A stretch of 42,889 nucleotides of DNA, taken from an uncultured Clostridia bacterium. GTDB lineage: Bacteria; Bacillota; Clostridia; TANB77; CAG-508. The position numbers were made by a program, and so were the translations under genes. Each line of letters opens with the position of its first letter. Position 1 is the first letter of the stretch. The stretch covers positions 1 through 42,889 of the forward strand of contig CANQCW010000004.1 of the NCBI GenBank assembly GCA_947591055.1, in the 5' to 3' direction. The notes below the pieces were generated by a model. The model did no database searches. It was not told where the DNA came from and was given only the letters and a program-made list of their open reading frames with translations. Positions 27,684 through 36,787 of the stretch are shown here, one piece after another.

Positions 27684-30670
27684 CAGCGTTAGAAAAAGCC
27701 ATAGAAGATGCTTTAAAACAACTTGAAAAATATGATAACTTTATGAATTGTGATGATAATAAAGGTAGTTACGGAACAGAGATCGGATATTTAGAAACTG
27801 CTCAAGAAGATATAGAAAATGCAGAAACAGAAGAAGATGTAGCAGAAGCTCTTGATACCTTCTTATCTCAAATGGAAAAAGTAGATGAAGCAATTGCAGC
27901 ATTAGAAGAGAAAAAAGATGCAGCAATTGAAGATTTACAAGCTTATGCAGATGCATTAAATGATGTAAAAGGAATGAGCGCAGAAGACAAATCAAAAGTT
28001 AAAACTTTTGTAAAACAAGCTCAAGAAGCAGTAAAAGCCGCAAACTCTAACGAAGAAATAGAGGCAGCTACAGATACTTTTAATGAATTAATGGCAAGTT
28101 TTGAAGAAGTAAAAACTGCTAAAGAAAAGGCTGAAACACTTGCAGCATTAAATGATTATTTAGCAGAAGCAGAACCAGGAATGAAAAACGTTATAGAAAA
28201 AGCAATTGATGAAGTAAATAAAGCAACAACTGCTGAAGAAGTAAAAAATGCAGTTAACGGTCTTTTAGATGAAAAAACAGGAAAATTACCAACTCTAAAA
28301 GAAGCACAAAAAGCAGCATATGAAACACTATCAGCATATGAAGATTATTTAGCAAAAAATACAGTGGACGGAGAAAATTTAATTCTTGGAGAAATAGAAA
28401 CTGTAAAAGCAGCAATAGCTAATGCAGAAGATAAGTCTAATGTAGAAACAGCTATGGATGGATTTGATAATTTTATGGATGATTATGAAGACACAGTTAC
28501 TGCTGTTGAATTAGAAGTAGCAAAGAATGCATTAGACAATATGTATAAAGAAGTTACAGCAAAACTAAGTCCTTATGTATCAAGCACAGATAAAAATGTT
28601 AAAGATTTAGCAGATGCTGCAGTAAAATTATTTGATGAAATTAGAAAAGCCGGAGCCGAATCTGAAGAAAAAGATGATGTGGTGGAAGCAACTAATAGAA
28701 TAAAAGATTTATTCTATGGTAAAGGAAATCATGGATTACCAGCAGTAAATGAAGATAACTATGTTGTAGAATCAAATCTTAAAAGTTATTATAGTGAATC
28801 TAATATAGTAACTAACTTCTTAGGATATGAAAATGCATTAAAACACAATGCAGCAAAAACTGAAAAAGATGATAAAGCAGATAAATTAGGACGTGCAGAA
28901 GCATATAAATCAGCAATGGAAAAATTAGACTTATATACAACAGTAATAAATGACAATGATGCAGTTGAAGCATTAAAGTTAACAGAACAAAATGTAGCAA
29001 GTATCAAAGAAATGATAAGTTCAACAAAAACATCAGTAGAAAAAGCAGAAGGCAAAACTGCTGTAGATGATGCCAAAGCTATATTAGATAAATATTTAAA
29101 CAACTATTATGCAGAATTTGTAGAATATGCAGAAAACTATGAATTCGAAAGTACAAAAACAAGTGCTTTAAAAGAATTAGAAGCTTACAAAGAGCAATAT
29201 AAAGATGTTACTGAAGATGATACAATTTATGCACCAGTGAAAGATGCAGTAGATGATGCAATTACAGCTATTGAAGCATTAGAAGCTGACATAAATGAAG
29301 TTAGTGAAATAACAGAAGAATTAGAAACTGTAAAAGATGCAATTAAATTAGCAAACAAACAAGCAGAATTAAAATTAGCAGTAGATACAGCAGTAGCAAA
29401 ATATACACCACTATTAAAATCTGAAAGTGAAGAAGTAAAACAAGCAGCTGCAGCAGCAATAAAAGAACTTAGTGCTTTAAAATATAATGGATCAATTAAA
29501 AACACACCAAAAGACGTAGCTAAAATAGAAGAAAAATATGATCCTCAACTTAAAGAAGCACTAAAAGCTCAAGAAGAAAAAGATAAAAAAGAACGTGATG
29601 AAGCATTAGAACCAATAATGGATAAAGTTGACGAACTTATTGAAATAGCAACAGCAGGAAAGAGAACAGAAATAGTAAATCAATTAAATAATTTTAAATC
29701 AGAACTTAATAAAACAAAAACAGCTGAAGAAGTAAGAACAGTAAGTGGCCAATTAAATTCTTATATAAATGATTCATGTCAAATAGTAAGTGCTCAATAT
29801 GATGCGATATATAAAACATCAGTTGGATTATTAGACAAGTATAAAGAAATCTGTGGAAAAGATGAAGAAGCAAAAGCAATAGTAGACAAAGCAATAGCAG
29901 ATATCAAAGCAATAACAGAAACAGATATTGCAAGAGCACAAGCAGCAATTAATGCAATAGTTGGTGTAGGTGTATCTGACGAAAAAGAAACAGTTGCAAA
30001 GAAAATTGCTAAAATACAAGGTGAAATAACTAACTTAGACACTGAAAAAGAGAACGCTGTAAGAACTATTAATAATAAAATTGATGAATATCCAGAAGAT
30101 AAAGCAGCATTAAAGAATATAGTACAAGAATATATAGATGCAATAAATGCTGTAACAAGAAAAGGCAAAAATTATGAAACTACAATAAACAATATAGTAA
30201 CAGAAGCTGAAGCTGCAATACAAGATTATCTTGATGTTAAAATTTCTAATGAAGCAGAAAAAAATCTTAATATAAAAAGTGTTAAAAATGAAATAGGAGA
30301 ATCAACTACTTTTTTTGAATCTGGAAAAAAGGTTTCAGATTTACAAGAAAGTGTTAAAATAGTAGATGGAAAAGTTTCAGGAAAATTAAAAGAAGTAACC
30401 GATTTTACACAGTTTGGTGCTCCTGAAGGAGAAAACCATTTCTTAGCTTTAAAATTTGATAAAGGTTCTGCAGAAAGAGTTGAAATTCAATTAGTTAATG
30501 GTGATGAATCTAAGACTATCGGAGATTTAGATACTGACGGAATTGTAATAATAAGTTTTAAAGAAGAACAACAACTAACCACTAACAAAATGAAAGTAAA
30601 TTTTTATAATGAATCAAATGAATTAGTTAAAACTTTAACACTTGACTTATCAGGATTAAAGTTTGCTTAA
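27671..30670 (+). CDS. Silent cassette B (999 aa), alpha-helical bundle repeats (GA/DUF1542-like) with a beta C-terminal domain
   Basis: Begins DQEVPA. Upstream GTG 27641 lies inside the repeat and lacks an RBS and signal peptide. Ala/Glu/Lys-rich repeats. Confidence 0.85.
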   Translation, partial: DQEVPALEKAIEDALKQLEKYDNFMNCDDNKGSYGTEIGYLETAQEDIENAETEEDVAEALDTFLSQMEKVDEAIAALEEKKDAAIEDLQAYADALNDVKGMSAEDKSKVKTFVKQAQEAVKAANSNEEIEAATDTFNELMASFEEVKTAKEKAETLAALNDYLAEAEPGMKNVIEKAIDEVNKATTAEEVKNAVNGLLDEKTGKLPTLKEAQKAAYETLSAYEDYLAKNTVDGENLILGEIETVKAAIANAEDKSNVETAMDGFDNFMDDYEDTVTAVELEVAKNALDNMYKEVTAKLSPYVSSTDKNVKDLADAAVKLFDEIRKAGAESEEKDDVVEATNRIKDLFYGKGNHGLPAVNEDNYVVESNLKSYYSESNIVTNFLGYENALKHNAAKTEKDDKADKLGRAEAYKSAMEKLDLYTTVINDNDAVEALKLTEQNVASIKEMISSTKTSVEKAEGKTAVDDAKAILDKYLNNYYAEFVEYAENYEFESTKTSALKELEAYKEQYKDVTEDDTIYAPVKDAVDDAITAIEALEADINEVSEITEELETVKDAIKLANKQAELKLAVDTAVAKYTPLLKSESEEVKQAAAAAIKELSALKYNGSIKNTPKDVAKIEEKYDPQLKEALKAQEEKDKKERDEALEPIMDKVDELIEIATAGKRTEIVNQLNNFKSELNKTKTAEEVRTVSGQLNSYINDSCQIVSAQYDAIYKTSVGLLDKYKEICGKDEEAKAIVDKAIADIKAITETDIARAQAAINAIVGVGVSDEKETVAKKIAKIQGEITNLDTEKENAVRTINNKIDEYPEDKAALKNIVQEYIDAINAVTRKGKNYETTINNIVTEAEAAIQDYLDVKISNEAEKNLNIKSVKNEIGESTTFFESGKKVSDLQESVKIVDGKVSGKLKEVTDFTQFGAPEGENHFLALKFDKGSAERVEIQLVNGDESKTIGDLDTDGIVIISFKEEQQLTTNKMKVNFYNESNELVKTLTLDLSGLKFA

Positions 30671-30690
30671 ATTGAATTTGCAATATAAAT

Positions 30691-30726
30691 AAAAAATACA
30701 CGAGGTATAATACTCGTGTATTTTTT
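30691..30726. terminator. Bidirectional terminator between cassettes B and C
   Basis: AAAAAATACACGAG-8nt-CTCGTGTATTTTTT. Confidence 0.85.
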
Positions 30727-30742
30727 GCGTAAAGTCATTTAA

Positions 30743-33700
30743 CTATTTTAATCCTTGAATCTCTACTGATTCAGTTCCTTCATTTTCAATAGTTACTATA
30801 TTATTTACTCCATTTAATGTAACTTTTACATCTTCACTATCTACTCCAAAAGATGCTAAGAAGCTGTTTACTTCTGATAGAACTGTTTCTGTAATATCTG
30901 CTCCTACTGCAGTGTTTTTAGTTAATGCAGTTTTTAAATCTTCAACTGATTCATATTGTTTAATTGCTACTGTTTTTCCTTTTAAAACACTTGGAACGTT
31001 TTCTTCTACTACTGCTGTTATTTTTGCTGTTTTACCATCTTTTTTGCCTGATAATGTTACAGCTTTTCCACCTGTTAATTTATCTCCAGATACATCAACT
31101 TCTCCTTTTACTACTGTAACTTCTATATCACTTCCTACTGTTACATTTTCTTGAGTTACTGTTACTTTTCCACCATTTCCTTTTATTGTTATGCTTCCTT
31201 GTTGTGTTGTAGCTGTTCCGTCTGAACTTACAAATTTGATTGTTACATTTCCGTCATTTTGTCCTGCATCAACACTATTATTTAAGTTTTCAAATACTAA
31301 GTTGTTTGATTCTTCTCCATTTGCAACTACTGTTAATGTTGGATTATTACCTTCTATTATAGCTTTTACTGCTGTTTGTAATTTAGTTGTCATTTTAACA
31401 CCATTAATTGTTACTGTTGCTCCTTCTGCTACTATAAAGTTTCCTAATTCAGTAGCTCCTGTTTTTATTTTTACTCCATTACCTAATGTTACTACTTCGT
31501 CTTTATTCATTTTGAAATTACTTAAATCAAATTGCCCTGCTTTTAGATTTACTTCTGCTGGATATTTTTCTGATCCAGAACCGCCTATAGGTTTTCCAAT
31601 TTTTCTTTCATAATCGCTACCAGTAATGTTTAGTGTTTTTCCTTCTAAGTAATTAGCATACATAAATGATGCATCTTCTTCAGAATTTGCCTTATCTTTA
31701 TTTAATTCTAAATCTATTACATCACCATTTATTGTAACTTTATCACCATTTTTTAATTTTGAAAGGAAAGCTTTTAAGTTAGTAAATTCTCCTTTTAAAT
31801 TTGTATCACTAAAATCGTTTCCTTTGAATTCTTCTCCTTCAATTACAATTTTTCCATCACTTCCTACTGAATAAAAGTTATTTGCATTTGCTTTGCAATC
31901 TTCTTTAGTTTCAGTGCAAGTTAAGCCATTTACTCTTGGCATTGTGTGACCATTTGCAATTACATCGCTCCATCCTTCAAATTCTCCACATCTTGTAATT
32001 AGTCTAAATTGATATTCTGTATATGCTTCTAATCCGCTTACTGTGAAATATGTTGCTGTTATATTTCCATCTTCATCTTTATCATAAGTTGTTACTACTT
32101 CTGATGTTCCCATATCTTTGTAGTTAGTCTCATCAACTTTTTTATAAACTCTTACAGCATATGTTAAATCTGAATCTTCTTCTCCGTATGCGCATTTATT
32201 TGCATAGTATGGAGCTTTTTTATTTGTTGCTGTATCTAATTTAAATGTCATTGTACTATCTGAAGCGTCTGTTATTTTCGCATCTCTATATGGTGCACAG
32301 AAATAGTAATATTCTGGTTGTGAATTTACATAGATTATATTCTTATTAGTATTGTTCTTATCTTCTTCTTTCATTTTTTCACTATCTGCAGTTGCAACTA
32401 CTTCTGCATAATATCCATAGTTACGATTTAATTTTCTAGTTTTTGTCCAGTTTTCACCTACATAATTATCATTATCTGTAGCATAATAAATTGATTTATT
32501 ATTTGATTTAGTTGTTGTAGATGTTATTCTAGCATTTGGATCAAATACACCAGTTTCTGTGTCTTCTAAGTATAATTTTACTGTGTATCCTCCACAGTTT
32601 ACATCATTTTCATCCCATGATAGTTTTGGATATCCATTACTTTCATCTACAGATAATTTTATATTACTTACTGGATTTACAGCTTTTACTGTTACTGTTT
32701 CTGATTTAAATTCATCAGAATTTATTGTATTTGTTGCTTCACTTGCTATATTTCCTTTAGTTACTACTGTTATATAGTATTCTCCTGCTTCTAAAGCAGA
32801 TGTTGGATCATTGTAATTTCTTAATGTAAATTTTGTACTTCCTGCTTCTGTTTCATAATAAATTTCTCCATCTTTATATAATGTTACAATATATCCATTG
32901 TTTAAATAAGTACTTGTATGAGGATTGTTCCAAGTAAAATCTCCGTTTTCACTTGTAGGTAATGTTACACTACTAATTTTTTCTTCTTTAGTTGCCTTTA
33001 CATCATCTGCCATATCTACTTGTGGTATACTTACTGCACAATCAGCTAATACAGTTTGACTTCCATATGAATTTTCTACTATGTAGAATATTCTATATAA
33101 ATTATCGTTATTTAATCCGTCAATTACTTCATCAATTGAATCTCCATTGACTGTTATTTTTCTTGTTACTGGAGTATAACTACTGCTATTCTTTATGTTT
33201 GAGTTTGAAAACTCTTTTGTTTTTGCATCCCATTTTACTGCATCAGTAGCACTTAATTCTGTTTTTAAAGCATTATCTGGAACAGCACAATAATAAATTG
33301 TTGTTACATCACTTTCACCATATCTTGTTGCATTAAAAATAGCATTGTCTGTATTACTACGTTTTACACTAACTTTTGCAACTGTTGGCTCTACAGTATT
33401 TTTAGTTACTTTTACTTCTCCTAATGGTGTTTCATACTTTGTATCTTCTGCATCAAATAATCTAAAATATATTGTTCCATCTGATATATGTGGATATCCT
33501 CCAACTAAATCTTGATGATTTTTTTCATCTTTTGTTACATCAATTTTTGATTGGCTTGCGCCTACTGTAACTTTCATTTCATTTTCATCACTACTTGTTT
33601 CAGGTGTTACTGTTGCAGGTAAACCACTTATACTTAGTTTTCTTCCACTTTCATCAAATGCTACTAATTGAAGAGAAGTATCATCAGGGATATCTTCGTC

Positions 33701-33799
33701 ATAAGAAACAGAGATGTCTAAATTCTCTTGATTTACGTTGTTAATGATATTGTTTTCATTTACTGTTATTGTGTAATTGTAATCCTGAACTTCTTGGTC
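30743..33799 (-). CDS. Silent cassette C (1018 aa), FN3-like surface protein C-terminus
   Basis: Frame open for 74 codons upstream of the track's ATG 33577 (DQEVQDYNYTITVNENNII...); TGA immediately before the site. Confidence 0.88.
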   Translation of the reverse strand, partial: DQEVQDYNYTITVNENNIINNVNQENLDISVSYDEDIPDDTSLQLVAFDESGRKLSISGLPATVTPETSSDENEMKVTVGASQSKIDVTKDEKNHQDLVGGYPHISDGTIYFRLFDAEDTKYETPLGEVKVTKNTVEPTVAKVSVKRSNTDNAIFNATRYGESDVTTIYYCAVPDNALKTELSATDAVKWDAKTKEFSNSNIKNSSSYTPVTRKITVNGDSIDEVIDGLNNDNLYRIFYIVENSYGSQTVLADCAVSIPQVDMADDVKATKEEKISSVTLPTSENGDFTWNNPHTSTYLNNGYIVTLYKDGEIYYETEAGSTKFTLRNYNDPTSALEAGEYYITVVTKGNIASEATNTINSDEFKSETVTVKAVNPVSNIKLSVDESNGYPKLSWDENDVNCGGYTVKLYLEDTETGVFDPNARITSTTTKSNNKSIYYATDNDNYVGENWTKTRKLNRNYGYYAEVVATADSEKMKEEDKNNTNKNIIYVNSQPEYYYFCAPYRDAKITDASDSTMTFKLDTATNKKAPYYANKCAYGEEDSDLTYAVRVYKKVDETNYKDMGTSEVVTTYDKDEDGNITATYFTVSGLEAYTEYQFRLITRCGEFEGWSDVIANGHTMPRVNGLTCTETKEDCKANANNFYSVGSDGKIVIEGEEFKGNDFSDTNLKGEFTNLKAFLSKLKNGDKVTINGDVIDLELNKDKANSEEDASFMYANYLEGKTLNITGSDYERKIGKPIGGSGSEKYPAEVNLKAGQFDLSNFKMNKDEVVTLGNGVKIKTGATELGNFIVAEGATVTINGVKMTTKLQTAVKAIIEGNNPTLTVVANGEESNNLVFENLNNSVDAGQNDGNVTIKFVSSDGTATTQQGSITIKGNGGKVTVTQENVTVGSDIEVTVVKGEVDVSGDKLTGGKAVTLSGKKDGKTAKITAVVEENVPSVLKGKTVAIKQYESVEDLKTALTKNTAVGADITETVLSEVNSFLASFGVDSEDVKVTLNGVNNIVTIENEGTESVEIQGLK

Positions 33800-33800
33800 T
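33787..33800 (-). repeat. Putative recombination site C
   Basis: AGACCAAGAAGTTC(AGGATT). Confidence 0.88.
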
Positions 33801-33981
33801 CATTTAAAAAAACAAAATGTCAATTTTTATTAATATATCAACAAAAGTTAACAATTATTTGAAAGATATTATTAAAAAATAGTAGGAATAATATAAGAAA
33901 TATTGTATATAATATATAAATATATTATCTTGACAATATATTTACAAAATGATAAAATAATAATGAAGAGAGGTGATATTT

Positions 33982-34245
33982 ATGGCTCAAACTTTAATTA
34001 ACTTTAGAATTGATGAAAATATAAAAAAAGAAATGGAACAACTTTGCAATGAGTTAGGTATAACAATGACAACAGCCTTCAATATTTTTGCTAAAAAAAT
34101 GATACGTGAAAAAAGAATTCCCTTTGATGTGTCTATTGATTCATTTTATTTAGAAAATAATATAAAATACTTAGAGCAAGTAATAGCTGATATCGAATCT
34201 GGAAAATCAAAATTAGAAGAGCACAAATTAATTGAGGAGGATTAA
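33982..34245 (+). CDS. relB: RelB/DinJ family antitoxin (second copy)
   Basis: INFRIDENIK..LGITMTTAF..REKRIPF; promoter TTGACA(33930)-17-TAAAAT. Confidence 0.9.
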   Translation: MAQTLINFRIDENIKKEMEQLCNELGITMTTAFNIFAKKMIREKRIPFDVSIDSFYLENNIKYLEQVIADIESGKSKLEEHKLIEED

Positions 34246-34246
34246 T

Positions 34247-34504
34247 ATGAAGCTATTATGGGAAGAAAGAGCATGGGAAGATTATTTATATTGGCAACAA
34301 CAAGACAAAAAAACATTAAAAAAAATCAATATACTTTTAAAAGATATCCAGCGAGATTGTTATAGTGGAATAGGAAAACCGGAACCTCTAAGAGAAAACC
34401 TAAAAGGTTGGTGGAGCAGAAGAATAGACAATGAAAATAGAATTGTCTACTGCCAAAAAGGAGAAAATGTAATTATTGCTGCATGTAGAGGTCATTATGA
34501 ATAA
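34247..34504 (+). CDS. yoeB: Txe/YoeB family toxin (second copy)
   Basis: AWEDYLYWQ, GIGKPEPL, WSRRID, RGHY; GAGGAGG RBS. Confidence 0.92.
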   Translation: MKLLWEERAWEDYLYWQQQDKKTLKKINILLKDIQRDCYSGIGKPEPLRENLKGWWSRRIDNENRIVYCQKGENVIIAACRGHYE

Positions 34505-34729
34505 TATTAAATTATATAAACAGTTGCATAAATTTTTAAAGAAACTTCTGCAACTGTTTTAATTTCTTCTTATAGCAAATGTTAATTTTTTTGTTATTTC
34601 AAACAAAACTGGCATTTATATTATAATCATATTAATCTAATCATAAAATCATATTAAAAGTATATTCAAAATCATGTCACATTCTTTCGAGAATCGATTA
34701 TGAGACATTTTATTGTGTTAATAGTATAA

Positions 34730-35690
34730 TTAATCACTTTTTAATTTCCAATTTATCATAGGATGAAATTTTATTTTTTCTATAATTTCATTATCATCAA
34801 ATAATAATTCTGGTTCATATATTCCTTTGTGAAATTTATCATAAAATTCTTGAATATTATCATCAATTATTAAAATATCTTTTAAATAGTCTCTTACTGC
34901 TTGTTTCATTTCATCTACATTACTTTTTTTGGGATTTCTATCTTTTAATGTTGGTAGTAATTTTGTTTTTATTTCTTGTTTGTCTATTTTTTCTATTTTA
35001 TCAAGACTCATATCTTCAAATTTATAGTTATTAATGGCTATATATTCTAACATAAAACATTGCTTTAATAATTTTTTTTCTTCTTTATCAAATAACTGAT
35101 ATTTACTTAATGTATACACATCAAATAGATCCCTTGCTGTAGTTCTGCTTAATAATGCACAAATTTTTGCAGCATAAATTTCTATGGGATGAATACAATT
35201 AATTGCTAATTGTTTGTCTTCAAATACATCTGTAGATATTTTTAATTTTTTAGTTTTTAAAATATGTACTCTATTCATATAATTTATTTCTATCTTTATG
35301 TTGTCTATATTACCTGTTATATCTTCATATTCTGCTACAATAGAATCTAACGCATACACATTTTTAGATTTTTCTGTATTAATTCTATATGAATTAGCAG
35401 TTAAATACTGAACTAATAGATTATGTATATCTTTTCGATTTTTTATCATTTCATCTTTTGATAAATTTTCAGCCAAATCTAAGTCAATATCAACTGATAA
35501 TCTTGGAAAGTTAAATACTGCTGTATTTATAGCTGTTCCACCTTTTAAAGCTAATATGTTTTTTAACTTCTTATCATTATTAATCCATTCTAAAATTCTA
35601 AGCAATCTTTCTACTTTTTCTAATGTCGATTTTATAAAACCTGTTTTTTTTTGCAATGTCTTCTATGTATTTTTTATATTCTCCTACCAA
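34730..35690 (-). pseudogene. abiEii: AbiEii nucleotidyltransferase toxin (type IV TA), apparently +1 frameshifted in an A9 tract
   Basis: LKGGTAIN, RLSVDID, K..ALL.R...RDLFD motifs. GGGAGG RBS and TTG 35690 are in a different frame from the main body, joined across A9 at 35644-35652. Confidence 0.75.
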
Positions 35691-36436
35691 TACAATGTCC
35701 TCCCTTTAGTTAAAAATATCTCTGGAACTATCAAGTTCCATTCTTTAACATATTTGCTTTTCATTTTTTTTGTTTCTTCATTAAAATATAACTTCTTTTC
35801 ACCTTTTTTTTCTCTACATTTTTCTATTATTGTATTATTTACACCATAATGTTCATTTAATAATTCAATAAAAAAACCAACTTTTAAATATAGTTTATTA
35901 GAATTGTATCCTTTTAAATATTCTAATATTTTATCTCCATCTAGTTGCCCAAATAATTCTAAACACATTATTAATTCTTCACTACCTCCTGCTAAATCTG
36001 TTCTATTTATGCAATCAATAAAAGTTCTTTCTTTATCAGTTAATCTTACTTTGTTCTTTTCTGTTATTCCAAAATCATATTTACTATCTATACATTTATA
36101 TGATATTCCTTCGAAGTCAAAATCTTTAAATCTTTTTTTAGTCGAGACATAAACTTGGTAAAATACTTGATTTTTTACTCCATAATATTCTAATGCAGAA
36201 TGATATGATATATATGCATCATCTTTTATTTTTGATCCTATCATATATTGATCTGCAATTGTATTTTTAAATTCAATATCACATACAACATATAAATTAT
36301 GTTTTACTCTTTTTATAAGATTAAAGTCTAATAGGTCGTTTATTAAGCCTCTAGCTGAATTTATATTTCCTGTTAATTTATATACATCTTCAGAATTAAA
36401 GACTTTTAAATTTAAAATTTTTTCATATCTTATCAT
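35684..36436 (-). CDS. abiEi: AbiEi family antitoxin / transcriptional regulator
   Basis: YISYHSALEYYG, TDKERTFID; promoter TTGACA(36508)-17-TAAAAT. Confidence 0.9.
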   Translation of the reverse strand: MIRYEKILNLKVFNSEDVYKLTGNINSARGLINDLLDFNLIKRVKHNLYVVCDIEFKNTIADQYMIGSKIKDDAYISYHSALEYYGVKNQVFYQVYVSTKKRFKDFDFEGISYKCIDSKYDFGITEKNKVRLTDKERTFIDCINRTDLAGGSEELIMCLELFGQLDGDKILEYLKGYNSNKLYLKVGFFIELLNEHYGVNNTIIEKCREKKGEKKLYFNEETKKMKSKYVKEWNLIVPEIFLTKGRTLYW

Positions 36437-36773
36437 ATTATTTCACACCTTCTTTGAAAATATAGTTTATCTTTAATAAATTTTAACATGTCTATTTTAT
36501 ATTGTCAATATTTTTTCACGCTTTTTGCTCTAATATTATGTTTTTTTGTAAATTATTAGTGCAAAATTCGTGACTTGCTATAAATAGTTAGTGTCGCTAT
36601 ACACATAAAATTTTAGCGTTTTGATGAAAATTTAACAAAATATAAATTAATATACAATTTCATATTCTTAATATTTTAATAAACTTAATATACATTATTT
36701 ATAAAAAAAATTTGTCAAATCCATTAATATCAAGAAAAATATGAATTAATATTGGAATAAATTACTAAGAATC

Positions 36774-36787
36774 AGACCAAGAAGTTC
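36774..36787 (+). repeat. Putative recombination site D
   Basis: AGACCAAGAAGTTC(AGGACC); in-frame TAA three codons upstream. Confidence 0.88.
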
